Source: Macrostomum hystrix (Eukaryota; Animalia; Platyhelminthes). From it: DNA of 64,000 nucleotides. Of this stretch, positions 35,401-47,864 are shown piece by piece. The position numbers were made by a program, and so were the translations under genes. The stretch lies in the NCBI GenBank assembly GCA_950097015.1, contig CATNEN010000035.1:620001-684000 (forward strand), read 5' to 3'. Below the pieces are notes generated by a model. The model did no database searches. It was given only the letters and a program-made list of their open reading frames with translations, and was not told the DNA's origin. Numbering within the stretch: the stretch's first letter is position 1; every line of letters begins with the position of its first letter.

Positions 35401-37878
35401 CAATGTTCCTCCAGCTGACAATGTTCCTCCAGTTGACAATGATCCCCCAGTTGATGATGATCACCCAGTTTACCTTGATCCCCATTTTGATGATGACTCC
35501 CCAGTTGACGTTGATTTTTCAAACGCTGGGTTAGCCAAGATTCAAACTCAGGTTCCGCCATGTTTTAAACCCTGGTGGGCTATGATTCAAACTCTCGTTT
35601 TACCATGATTCAAACTCTAATTTAGCCATGATTCAAACTCTGGTTTAGCCATGATTCAGACGCTGTGATGATTTAAAGTCTGCTTTAGCCATGATTCAAA
35701 CTCTGTTTTAGCCATGATTTAAACTCTGGTGTAGCCATGATTCAAACTCTGGTTTCGCCTTGATTCAAACTCTGGTTTAGCCATGATTCAAACTCTGCTT
35801 TAGCCATGATTCAGACGCTGGTTTAGCCATGATTCAGACTCTGGTTTAGCAAGCATTTCATTTTTAGTATAGTGGATTTGTACATTCGCCTTTGTACCTG
35901 TACAAACTGTACCCTGTCAATACAGAAATTTCTGTATTGAATGCAGCAGCCAATCGCAAATGTAAGCGATAATCTCATTTAGCATTCAGCTTAAAAACGT
36001 GAAACATACGTGAAACATACAAAAGAAAAAATGTTACTTAGCACACTGACTGTTACTGAAAGTAGCAGGTGGCATCCATGAAGACAATTAATTTGCCAGC
36101 CGCACTGGGGACTCGAGCCGGGAATCCTAGCCTAACCTAGCCTAAGTGCCTACCAGCTGGCTATCCGACCGTTGATGTGAGGGCACAAAAATCTGCATAT
36201 TTATGTTTGAATCTCTCACTGCTAGCTAGCTAAGAAGTGTACATTTTAGTGCGTCTAGGCTAGCAATGAATAATTCAGCCAGCCAGGGTAAGCGGGACCC
36301 ACAAATACACACGATATGCACATTTAGCACTGGGCAATTCATTTGGCCGGCAGGAAAGGTCCACACGCACATTGATGCGCATGGATTTTTTAGCCTATGC
36401 AGAAAAGAGGGTAAGAGAGTAAATTGAACTTGGGCACTGCTGATGCAATCTAATGAAATGAACACTTTTAGCAAGCCAGAGCAGCCGAGCATGTTTGAAC
36501 TTGAATGAACTTTGCAAAAAATACAGTTTTCTGTCAATTTAACAGTCTTAATATAAACAGAATTCAACCAATTTTAAGCCACACCACCGGCTGAAAATTT
36601 CGAATCGAATTCAACAAATCCGGTTGAAAATGGTCCAGGCATTCAGCTTAAAACGTGAAACATACGGACAGACAGACAGACAGACAGACAGACATAGGCA
36701 GAAACATACACAGATTTAGGTATTAGACAAGATGGTTTGACCTTTGAAAAATCATGTTTTTCGAATATTTAATCCCTTTAGCAATAAAGTTAGGCTTAAT
36801 AAAAATACGTGTAAAATTGTCCCCATATTTGGCATCTTTTGGTGAAGAAATGGTGAAAATCGGTTGAGCCGTTCGGAAGAAAATCAATTACAACCAACCA
36901 ACCAACCAACCATTTCATTTTTAGTATAGTGGACTAGCTGCCTTCGCTACCCTCTGGGTAGCCTCCCTGTGAGTTCTTATCAGTTCGTTATCAAAACTGG
37001 CTCTGATGCAATCATAAAAATTGGCACTGGAGCCTCACTGTGCACAAGCTGGAAACAAGAATGCATTAGAAAAGCCTATTTAAAACTGTTTTTCGAATAT
37101 TTAATCCCCTTAGCAATGAAATTAAGCTTAGAAAAAAGACGTGTACCGATTCGGGCCCATTTGTGATCTTTTGGCGAAGGAATTGTGAAAATCGGTTGAG
37201 CCGTTCGGGAGCTAGTCGATTGCAAACAAGCAAGCAAGCAAGCAAGCAAGCAAGATTTTCATTTTTAGTATATTAGATTTACATAGCTGTAAATATCATC
37301 TGCAAATTAACATTTTGTTGACAGACTATGCCCGTCTTCTGCTACTGCTTGTCGGCCTGTTGCTTTCGCCATTTAATGAGGCCGCCTTCCCCATTGGCTA
37401 CACGGCCTCATCCCTGTTGGATCTGGTGGACGGATGGGCCGCACGGCGCTTCAACCAAGCCTCGAGTCTGGGCGCCTGGCTAGATGTCATCTGCGACAAC
37501 CTCGGCCGGGCCTGCCTCTGGCACTTCAGCGGCAGCCGGCTGGCGCCGCTGTTCACCTGCGTCGAATGGCTGGCCTTCGCAGCCAATCAGCGACGGGGCG
37601 CCGCTGCTGGCACTTGGAAACGGCGCGCCCAGCGACGAATGCCGGACTGGTTGGGGCGAGTGTTCGACAATGGATTCTACAATCCGCTGGGTGTCCTGGC
37701 CATGGCTGGCCTGTTCGGCCTGCCCATGGGCCAGTACCTGATGGCCAGGAGTCCGCTAGCCGATGTCAGCTGGCCTCCGGCCGTCTTGGCGATGTACGCA
37801 GCGATGGCTGTGATGCTCCTTGGCCGCATGATTGCATTGGTAGCCGAGGTGTGTTTTTTATTTGTTGACGCTTTGTAG
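23440..37878 (+). CDS. CDP-alcohol phosphatidyltransferase family protein (PIS/CDIPT-related). Exons 23440-23497 and 37325-37848/37878.
   Basis: Exon 1 MKKELKNGRNIFLFVPNII G|GTAAGT (phase 1) joins ttgacag|AC TAT to give PNIIDYARL. Signature DLVDGWAARRFNQASSLGAWLDVICD. The 3' end is either donor GAG|GTGTGT at 37848 or read-through to TAG at 37878. Family is secure; the exon join is inferred. Confidence 0.8.
24083..28790. repeat. 18-bp satellite (CCCCAGTTGACAATGATC)n with duplicated higher-order blocks
   Basis: Directly visible. Marker variant GATGAAGTCTCCCCATTG recurs. Confidence 0.96.
28870..32560. repeat. 23-bp satellite (ACTCTGGTTTAGCCATGATTCAA)n with a ~1.34-kb higher-order duplication
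   Basis: Variant markers repeat at offsets 1336-1337 (29185/30521; 30151/31488). Confidence 0.96.
33152..33495 (-). mobile_element. 344-bp mini-Helitron H2
   Basis: 5' TCTAATATACT, (TTGC)n, 3' perfect hairpin GCTACCC-AGA-GGGTAGC followed by CTAG. A matching copy is at 36934-37277. Confidence 0.85.
33496..35876 (-). mobile_element. Non-autonomous Helitron H3 (2.38 kb), same family as H1 with shorter arrays
   Basis: Same 3' end, same 18-bp array, linker and 23-bp array order. The 5' end A|TCCACTATACT is at 35876. Confidence 0.8.
35877..36727 (-). mobile_element. Putative further Helitron-like element H4 (5' end only recognised)
   Basis: 5' TCTAATACC at 36727, (TGTC)n near that end, perfect palindrome CAATACAGAA-AT-TTCTGTATTG at about 35918-35939. 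No clear CTRR end. Confidence 0.45.
36728..37277 (-). mobile_element. H1 5' fragment (36728-36933) plus second H2 copy (36934-37277); 550-bp duplicate of 32946-33495
   Basis: Looks identical by eye to 32946-33495. Outer junction is A|TC at 37277/37278. Confidence 0.85.
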
Positions 37879-37899
37879 TTTATTATACTAAAATTTGGG

Positions 37900-38620
37900 A
37901 TCCCAGTCTGAGGATCAGGGAAAATTTAAAATTCTAACTGAGGATCTGAGAAGATTCAAATTCCTAACTAAGGATCTGGGAAAATTGACAATCCCAACTA
38001 AGGATTTGGCTAGATTGACAATCCCAATTGAGGATCTGGCAAGAATGACAATCTCAACCGGGGGATCTGGGAGAATGAGCAATCCCAACTGAGAATCTGG
38101 CAATATTGACAATCCCAACTAAGAATCTGTCAAGATTGACAATCCCAACTGAGAATCTGACAAGATTGACAATCCCAACTAAGAATCTGTCAAGATTGAC
38201 AATCCCAACTAAGAATCTGTCAAGATTGACAATCCCAACTGAGAATCTGACAAGATTGACAATCCCAACTAAGAATCTGTCAAGATTGACAATCCCAACT
38301 GAGAATCTGGCAAGATTGACAATCCCAACTAAGAATCTGTCAAGATTGACAATCCCAACTGAGAATCTGACAAGATTGACAATCCCAACTAAGAATCTGT
38401 CAAGATTGACAATCCCAACTAAGAATCTGGCCAGATTGACAATCCCAACTAAGAATCTGGCCAGATTGACAATCCCAACTGAGAATCTGGCCAGATTGAC
38501 AATCCCAACTAAGAATCTGGCAAGATTGACAATCCCAACTGAGAATCTGGCCAGATTGACAATCCCAACTGAGAATCTGGCCAGATTGACAATCCCAACT
38601 AAGAATCTGGCAAGATTGAC
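37900..38620 (+). repeat. 30-bp minisatellite (TTGACAATCCCAACTGAGAATCTGGCAAGA), array 1
   Basis: Directly visible. Further arrays at 43120-43846, 49031-49410 and 52215-52985 (inverted). Confidence 0.95.
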
Positions 38621-41159
38621 AATTCTAAGATCTAGATGGGTAGATTGCCTAAAATAGCAATTGTTTTAATTTTTGGCATTTGAACTCGGCTGTCACTACC
38701 CAATGCCTGCGTAATTCGGCCGATTTTTATATAGTGACGTGATCATCGACGTACGTTTCGATCATGATTCTTTAATAGACTAATTCGCATTAATTTCAGT
38801 TGTACTGCATCTGGTTCGTGGTTCAAGACCTGGTGGAAGAGGACCAACCGGATTCCCAGTGATTTTTAACGCTACATTTATTTTGGATTTTATACCTGAT
38901 GAAGTTAATTTTTGTAGTTAATAGTTTGAAGTTTATGTGTACCAGAACTCTTAAAGTTAATTTGTATCATTTTAGGATATTCAATCACTTGTAAATTTTC
39001 TTCACCCAGTCCCGCTCAGAGAGTTAACCGTATTTATGAAGCATTGGGACGATTACTTACAAATATATTTTGTAACTAATATCAAGGATGAAAATTAGAC
39101 TAAATTATTTCTCATTTTCGGGGGAACTACCAAGGGCGATTCCTCCGCTGACAATTTTTGTGCTGCAGCCGAACGGAGCAACGCAAGCACACGAAACTCA
39201 AGAACACGGGCCAACATTTTGTTGCGCATCTTCTGAAACAAGAACCAAGTCGCCAGCTCTTAAGACCGTCGAGATATTCAATGGTTCTGGCCAAAAGTCA
39301 GATTTTTCCCATAAGCGCTGAAGGTGCATTTCATACGCACCTACACACGAATTAGCACTGCGCCTCAGCGCGGCCTTGCCAGTCCTTCAAAATTTATCAG
39401 CATGTCACCCGAATGTGCCTGCATCATCTCCGTCTTTGGTGGTCACCTATCTCTATCTAGGGACTGCTGGACCTTCAAGGTGGAAATAGGCCACTATGGA
39501 AACCCTGACGCAAATTTCTCCAATTTCACAGATCAAGCCTAAATATTAGGCGCAGCTCAACCAAAGGATACCATCGCCTGTGGCGCTGTTAGCATTCAGG
39601 CGCTGAAAACCCCCTTGGTATAAAAACGGGCGGCAAAATGGCTTGGTAGTCCTACTGTTAATGATGTCAAATCATAAAAAAAAATTATTTTTTTACGATT
39701 TTTTTTACGTCTGAGACAGAATAAACTAATTGCAAAAAAGTGATTTTCTGTTCGCACTTTTTTTAAGAAAACGTAACCGAAATCAAGGACTTCAATTATT
39801 TATATTTTTTCGCCAGCAGTAATCTCGACAAGTTAATAATTTAAGTGCATTCTTGCATTGAAACAAGACAAGGGATTAAACGAATGGGAAGGTAATTTAC
39901 TGGAATGCTAACATGCTCATATTAGAACAGACAGCTGAATAACACAAGCCAGAGCCTATCTAATAAGAGTTCTAGGTTAAAAACGGCATAGTAAAGTGTG
40001 ACAAAAAGTAGGCACTAAAATGAACTAATAAAAATAAATAAAACAAAAACAAACAGAAATTGACTAATTTGAAGGCAGAATGTACGACAAAGTCAAGCGT
40101 TATCTGTTAAATCGACATCCGCCTGTACATTTAAGTATGTGCCAAAGTACAGCCCAGTAAGATTCCGCAAAGTTGATTGAGCCACTTACTTTGAGTTTTA
40201 AGCGGAGAATTTAAGAATTGAATTTTAAATAACTTTTACAAACTTTAAAGTGGGTTACAGATTCTAAGACAATTCTGCCATTTTCTGAGAATTCGAAGCG
40301 GGTTGCGCTAGTGATTGTGTTTAATTTAGAAACTTTCTGAGAATTCGCTATCACTTATCACTATCAAGTGGGTTACGATAGTGATAGTGGATAATTCAGG
40401 AACTTTGGCAGTCATCAGGGAAGAAAAAAATCTAACTTTCGCAGTCGATGTGAAGTGGCTCAATAAGGAAAAATGTCTCAAAAAACTACTTACATTTTCT
40501 AACCAAGTAGTATGCAAAGGAAATAAAGTTTTTGCCAGCGATGGTAAAAATATAGAGATTAATGAGCACTTTGCAATGCTTGAAGCTAAAATATGGTGCT
40601 CGACGGTTGCTAAGGGCAATTAGGAAATCAGTAGAATCGTTTTGATTATCAGCAAAACTATATAATACTACAAGTATGTTTGATTATCCGACAGTTTCTG
40701 TCTAGACGCCGACAAGCGGTGCCCGGAGCCGAGAAGCTGAGCGGCAGATGACGTCACGCTCGGCTCCAGGCTGGCTTCATTGACTGAAGTTGAAGCAGAA
40801 ATTGTTTTTAAGATTCGATTAGCGACTTTTTAGAACTAGGAAATGCGGCACTGCATGATTAATTACCGGATGCTAGCGACTGTTCTGCTGGTGACCTCTT
40901 CTGAACTTTAGGCGGCAGTGCTGAAACTGCAATCAGTGTTTCAATCGATGTAAAATATGATAAAACTGAATAATTTCCCTAGCTTCTATAACTATAAGGA
41001 CAATAGGGATTGAGAATACTGGCCCAGAAATATCCCCTAAACAATCGCCACTTAAATCCACCATTGAAATCTTGATGAGTATATGTGCGTGATAGGAAGC
41101 TTTTAAGAGCTTTGTTGTCTTGCTAAGAATTGCTCTATAGGAATATTGTAAAGATCTTT

Positions 41160-41625
41160 GGGATTAACGTATCGATTTCTGCTACGAATGTATTGATCTC
41201 TGGGATAATTGTTTAGACTTCTGGGATTAACGATAGATCTCCTTGATTAACGATAGATCTCTGGGATTAACGATAGATCTCCAGGATTAACGATAGATCT
41301 CCAGGATTAACAATAAATCTCTGGGATTAACGATAGATCTCCTGGATTAACGATAGATCTCCAGGATTAACAATAATTCTCTGGGATTAACGATAGATCT
41401 CCAGGGTTAACAATAAATCTCTGGAATTAACGATAGATTCCTGGATTAACGATAGATCTCCAGGGTTAACAATAAATCTCTGGAATTAACGATAGATTCC
41501 TGGATTAACGATAGATCTCCTGGGTTAACGATAAATCTCTGGGATTACCGATAGATCTCCTGGGTTAACGATAGATCTCCTGGACTAACGATAGATCTCT
41601 GGATTAACGATAGATCTCTGGGATA
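41160..41625. repeat. ~20-bp minisatellite (GATTAACGATAGATCTCCTG-like); expanded copy at 46420-47545
   Basis: Directly visible in both duplication units. Confidence 0.9.
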
Positions 41626-41944
41626 AACTTAACTGCGACTTTATTAAGCAGTGCTTCAGTTCACCCAGCTGTAAAATGGATAGCAGCAATAGCTGAGTGC
41701 GGACATTCTGGTTGGAGTGGTGGCCTCCCCAGTCCACGGACTGAACAGCTGTACAAAGCCTTCAGCTGCGCCGCGCAATAGCTGCACCATTAGTATTTTC
41801 TGTTCCTTCTCTTTTTCCGTTGAAATAGAAGAATCCATCCCTCACCCTGACACCCTGAATATCCCAGATCCCCTATTAACAATCAGAATGAGTCTACCAC
41901 TGCCTTTAGAAAAAAATGATACCATAAAATGATCCCGCACGCAC

Positions 41945-42506
41945 CTGCTATAAACTTAATTGGGACCCGCGGCATCACGGGCCGATCTCCGGGCGCAGCG
42001 ATTTTCCATCCCCTGTGATCATCGCCAACCCGGCTATTCGGATGACGCAAAGGATCGCCGACCTGGAGGCCGACTTCGCCGTCCTCGCGCTTAGCCAACA
42101 CGGCGAAGCTGCTGACGCAAAGGGCGAGGAGGCCGATCAGAAGGATGGCCACCGCCATGGCGCGGCCGCTGGATTTGAACACGGACAATGAGAAGCTGGC
42201 CGGCAGGATGTAGCAGATGATGGAGCCGGTCAGGGCGCCAGTGATGCCGAGCACGAACTCAACTGCGGAAACAATGCGCCGCATGCTCAAGTTTAGAAAT
42301 CTTTTAAAAATCAACCTGGGATTCTGTGTCTGGGGATCTGGGAACTGAGACGCACCATTTGGCAGTAGGATGCCGCCAAGCAGAGTGCCGGCAACGATTG
42401 CCAGTGTAATGCCGCGGAATTGCGTATCCGGGATCACCCCGCTGACGCTGATGTCGCCGCTGGCGCCGCCTCCGCCGCTGATTGGCAGTTCAGAAAGACC
42501 AGTCTG
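41945..42506 (-). CDS. SLC38A10: Duplicated SLC38A10-like exons 7' (42356-42506) and 8' (41945-42262); alternative 3' end or orphan copy
   Basis: Intact frames and splice sites, near-identical to 47865-48441. Confidence 0.6.
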
Positions 42507-42540
42507 CTGCGAATGATTTTGAGATAACAAGATTGAGCAG

Positions 42541-42587
<47 letters not shown>

Positions 42588-43119
42588 GGCAGACAGACAG
42601 GCAGAACAGACAGACAGGCAGAACAGACAGACAGACAGGCAGACAGACAGACAGAAAAAGTTACTCACGACTTGAGTCAATTATTATTTACCATATTTTA
42701 GACGACCAAACATAATTAGCAATCAATTAGACACTAGCGTATAGAGTTTTACAGCTAATACTACTGCTTATGGATAAACGTTAGTAGTAAGTTATACGAC
42801 TAGCTAGAAAATTTAAATAATAACTTATTGAATTTGTTTGAAAAAAAGCAAGACAAGTAAGAAGATGCGAACAATGGAAACTGTGTCAATTGAAAAAGAA
42901 TCAGTGTTAGTGGAAAAAGTAAAAAAGAACTATTAATTTGTAATAAAATAATTCTTTACCTGAGCTCAGACCGATGAAATTATTTTTGAAGCCTTAAATT
43001 GCAAATATCACGTTTCCAGAAGCTAATGAAAACTATCCTGAGTACATGCTCACTAGAAGAAATATTAAAAAGTGAGACAAGAAACTGAAGAGCGATAATC
43101 CTAAATTAGCATCTGACAA

Positions 43120-43846
43120 GATTGACAATCCCAACTGAGGATCTGGCAATATTGACAATCCCAACTGAGGATCTGGCAATATTGACAATCCCAACTGAGA
43201 ATCTGGCAATATTGACAATCCCAACTGAGGATCTGGCAATATTGACAATCCCAACTGAGGATCTGGCAATATTGACAATCCCAACTGTGGATCTGGCAAG
43301 ATTGACAATCCCAACTGAGAATCTGGCAATATTGACAATCCCAACTGAGGATCTGGCAATATTGACAATCCCAACTGAGGATCTGGCAATATTGACAATC
43401 CCAACTGAGGATCTGGCAATATTGACAATCCCAACTGAGAATCTGGCAAGATTGACAATCCCAACTGAGAATCTGGCAAGATTGACAATCCCAACTGAGA
43501 ATCTGGCAATATTGACAATCCCAACTGAGAATCTGGCAATATTGACAATCCCAACTGAGAATCTGGCAATATTGACAATCCCAACTGAGGATCTGGCAAT
43601 ATTGACAATCCCAACTGAGAATCTGGCAATATTGACAATCCCAACTGAGAATCTGGCAAGATTGACAATCCCAACTGAGAATCTGGCAAGATTGACAATC
43701 CCAACTGAGGATCTGGCAATATTGACAATCCCAACTGAGGATCTGGCAATATTGACAATCCCAACTGAGAATCTGGCAAGATTGACAATCCCAACTGAGA
43801 ATCTGGCAAGATTGACAATCCCAACTGAGAATCTGTCAAGATTGAC
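43120..43846 (+). repeat. 30-bp minisatellite array 2 (duplication junction)
   Basis: Left flank matches array 3; right flank matches array 1. Confidence 0.95.
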
Positions 43847-46800
43847 AATTCTAAGATCTAGATGGGTAGATTGCCTAAAATAGCAATTGTTTTAATTGTT
43901 GGCATTTGAACTCGGCTGTCACTACCTAATGCCTGCGTCATTCGGCCGATTTTTATATAGTGACGTGATCATCGACGTACGTTTCGATCATGATTCTTTA
44001 ATAGACTAATTCGCATTAATTTCAGTTGTACTGCATCTGGTTCGTGGTTCAAGACCTGGTGGAAGAGGACCAACCGGATTCCCAGTGATTTTTTAACGCT
44101 ACATTTATTTTCGATTTTATACCTGATGAAGTTAATTTTTGTAGTTAATAGTTTGTCGTTTATATGTACCAGAACTCTTAAAGTTAATTTGTATCATTTT
44201 TGGATATTCAATCACTTGTAAATTTTCTTCACCCAGTCCCGCTCAGAGAGTTAACCGTATTTATGAAGCATTGGGACGATTACTTGAGTAATGGGAGCGA
44301 TTACTTACAAATATGTTTTGTAACTAATATCAAGGATGAATAATAGACTAAATTATTTCTCATTTTCGGTGGAACTACCAAGGGGGATTCCTCCGCTGAC
44401 AATTTTTGTGCTGCAGCCGAACGGAGCAACGCAAGCGCACGAAACTCAAGAACACGGGCCAACATTTTGTTGCGCATCTTCTGAAACAAGAACCAAGTCG
44501 CCAGCTCTTAAGACCGTCGAGATATTCAATGGTTCTGGCCAAAAGTCAGATTTTTCCCATAAGCGCTGAAGGTGCATTTCATACGCACCTATACACGAAT
44601 TAGCACTGCGCCTCAGCGCGGCCTAGCCAGTCCTTCAAAATTTATCAGCATGTCACCCGAATGTGCCTGCATCATCTCCGTCTTTGGTGGTCACCTACCT
44701 CTATCTAGGGACTGCTGGATCTTCAAGGTGGAAATAGGCCACTATGGAAACCCTGACGCAAATTTCTCCAATTTCACTGATCAAGCCTAAATATTAGGCG
44801 CAGATCAACCAAAGGATACCATCGCCTGTGGCGCTGTTAGCATTCAGGCGCTGAAAACCCCCTTGGTATAAAAACGGGCGGCAAAATGGCTTGGTAGTCC
44901 TACTGTTAATGATGTCAAATCATTAAATATAATAAATATTTTTTTACGATTTTCTTTACGTCTGAGACAGAATAAACTAATTGCAATAAAGTTATTTTCT
45001 GTTCGCACTTTTTTTAAGAAAACGTAACCGAAATCAAGGACTTCAATTATTTATATTTTTTCGCCAGCAGTAATCTCGACAAGTTAATAATTTAAGTGCA
45101 TTCTTGCATTGAAACAAGACAAGGGATTAAACGAATGGGAAGGTAATTTACTGGAATGCTAACATGCTCATATTAGAACAGACAGCTGAATAACACAAGC
45201 CAGAGCCTATCTAATAAGAGTTCTAGGTTAAAAACGGCATAGTAAAGTGTGACAAAAAGTAGGCACTAAAATGAACTAATAAAAATAAATAAAACAAAAA
45301 CAAACAGAAATTGACTAATTTGAAGGCAGAATGTACGACAAAGTCAAGCGTTATCTGTTAAATCGACATCCGCCTGTACATTTAAGTATGTGCCAAAGTA
45401 CAGCCCAGTAAGATTCCGCAAAGTTGATTGAGCCACTTACTTTGAGTTTTAAGCGGAGAATTTAAGAATTGAATTTTAAATAACTTTTACAAACTTTAAA
45501 GAGGGTCACAGATTCTAAGACAATTCTGCCATTTTCTGAGAATTCGAAGCGGGTTGCGCTAGTGATTGTGTTTAATTTAGAAACTTTCTGAGAATTCGCT
45601 ATCACTTATCACTATCAAGTGGGTTACGATAGTGATAGTGGATAATTCAGGAACTTTGGCAGTCATCAGGGAAGAAAAAAATCTAACTTTCGCAGTCGAT
45701 GTGAAGTGGCTCAATAAGGAAAAATGTCTCAAAAAACTACTTACATTTTCTAACCAAGTAGTATGCGAAGGAAATAAAGTTTTTGCCAGCGATGGTAAAA
45801 TATAGAGATTAATGAGCACTTTGCAATGCTTGAAGCTAAAATATGGTGCTCGACGGTTGCTAAGGGCAATTAGGAAATCAGTAGAATAGTTTTGATTATC
45901 AGCAAAACTATATAATACTACAAGTATGTTTGATTATCCGACAGTTTCTGTCTAGACGCCGACAAGCGGTGCCCGGAGCCGAGAAGCTGAGCGGCAGATG
46001 ACGTCACGCTCGGCTCCAGGCTGGCTTCATTGACTGAAGTTGAAGCAGAAATTGTTTTTAAGATTCGATTAGCGACTTTTTAGAACTAGGAAATGCGGCA
46101 CTGCATGATTAATTACCGGATGCTAGCGACTGTTCTGCTGGTGACCTCTTCTGAACTTTAGGCGGCAGTGCTGAAACTGCAATCAGTGTTTCAATCGATG
46201 TAAAATATGATAAAACTGAATATTATCCCTAGCTTCTATAAGGACAATAGGGATTGAGAATATTGGCCCAGAAATATCCCCTAAACAATCGCCACTTAAA
46301 TCCACCATTGAAATCTTGATGAGTATATGTGCGTGATAGGAAGCTTTTAAGAGCTTTGTTGTCTTGCTAAGAATTGCTCTATAGAATATTGTAAAGATCT
46401 TTGGGATTAACGTATCGATTTCTGCTACGAATGTATTGATCTCTGGGATAATTGTTTAGACTTCTGGGATTAACGATAGATTCCTGGATTAACGATAAAT
46501 CTCTGGAATTAACGATAGATTTCTGGATTAACGATAGATCTCCTGGACAAAAGATAGATCTCCAGGATTAACGATAGATCTCCAGGATTAACGATAAATC
46601 TCTGGGATTAACGATAGATCTCCTGGATTAACGATAGATCTCCAGGATTAACAATAATTCTCTGGGATTAACGATAGATCTCCTGGATTAACGATAGATC
46701 TCCAGGATTAACAATAATTCTCTGGGATTAACGATAGATTTCTGGATTAACGATAGATCTCCTGGACAAAAGATAGATCTCCAGGATTAACGATAGATCT

Positions 46801-47864
46801 CCAGGATTAACAATAAATCTCTGGGATTAACGATAGATCTCCTGGATTAACGATAGATCTCCAGGATTAACAATAATTCTCTGGGATTAACGATAGATCT
46901 CCTGGATTAACGATAGATCTCCAGGATTAACAATAATTCTCTGGGATTAACGATAGATCTCCTGGATTAACGATAGATCTCCAGGGTTAACAATAAATCT
47001 CTGGAATTAACGATAGATTCCTGGATTAACGATAGATCTCCTGGATTAACGATAGATCTCCAGGATTAACAATAATTCTCTGGGATTAACGATAGATCTC
47101 CTGGATTAACGATAGATCTCCAGGGTTAACAATAAATCTCTGGAATTAACGATAGATTCCTGGATTAACGATAGATCTCCAGGGTTAACGATAGATCTCC
47201 AGGGTTAACAATAAATCTCTGGGATTACCGATAGATCTCCTGGACTAACGATAGATCTCCTGGATTAACAATAAATCTCTGGGATTAACGATAGATCTCC
47301 TGGATTAACGATAGATCTCCAGGGTTAACAATAAATCTCTGGAATTAACGATAGATTTCTGGATTAACGATAGATCTCCTGGACAAAAGATAGATCTCCA
47401 GGATTAACGATAGATCTCCAGGATTAACAATAAATCTCTGGGATTAACGATAGATCTCCAGGATTAACGATAGATCTCCTGGATTAACGATAGATCTTCT
47501 GGGTTAACGACAGATCTCCTGGACTAACGATAGATCTCTGGGATAAACTTAACTGCGACTTTATTAAGCAGTGCTTCAGTTCACCCAGCTGTAAAATGGA
47601 TAGCAGCAATAGCTGAGTGCGGACATTCTGGTTGGAGTGGTGGCCTCCCGAGTCCACGGACTGAACAGCTGTACAAAGCCTTCAGCTGCGCCGCGCAATA
47701 GCTGCACCATTAGTATTTTCTGTTCCTTCTCTTTTTCCGTTGGAATAGAAGTATCCATCCCTCACCCTGACACCCTGAATATCCCAGATCCCCTATTAAC
47801 AATCAGAATGAGTCTACCACTGCCTTTAGAAAATAATGATACCATAAAATGATCCCGCACGCAC

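Noticed and set aside
24055-35439. Dozens of ORFs (MIPQLT, VDNDPP, WGIIVN, LGDHCQ repeats)
   Set aside because: They are six-frame translations of an 18-bp satellite with frequent indels, inside Helitrons in an intron.
37900-38620. TTGACAAT shared by the 18-bp and 30-bp satellites
   Set aside because: An 8-nt match is too short to infer common origin.
39030-39665. Possible TTAA-flanked DNA transposon (GGACTACCAAG near one end, GGAACTACCAAG inverted inside)
   Set aside because: No convincing terminal TIR pair or TSD could be fixed.
40381-40623. 80-aa ORF in duplication unit A
   Set aside because: No recognisable motif, and it is frameshifted by a 1-nt deletion in unit B.
47576-47822. Terminal SLC38A10 exon or EKEKEQKILM coiled-coil ORF
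   Set aside because: The phase-1 acceptor at about 47823 gives only 20 aa before a stop, and the longer ORF is in another frame behind a stop. Left unresolved.
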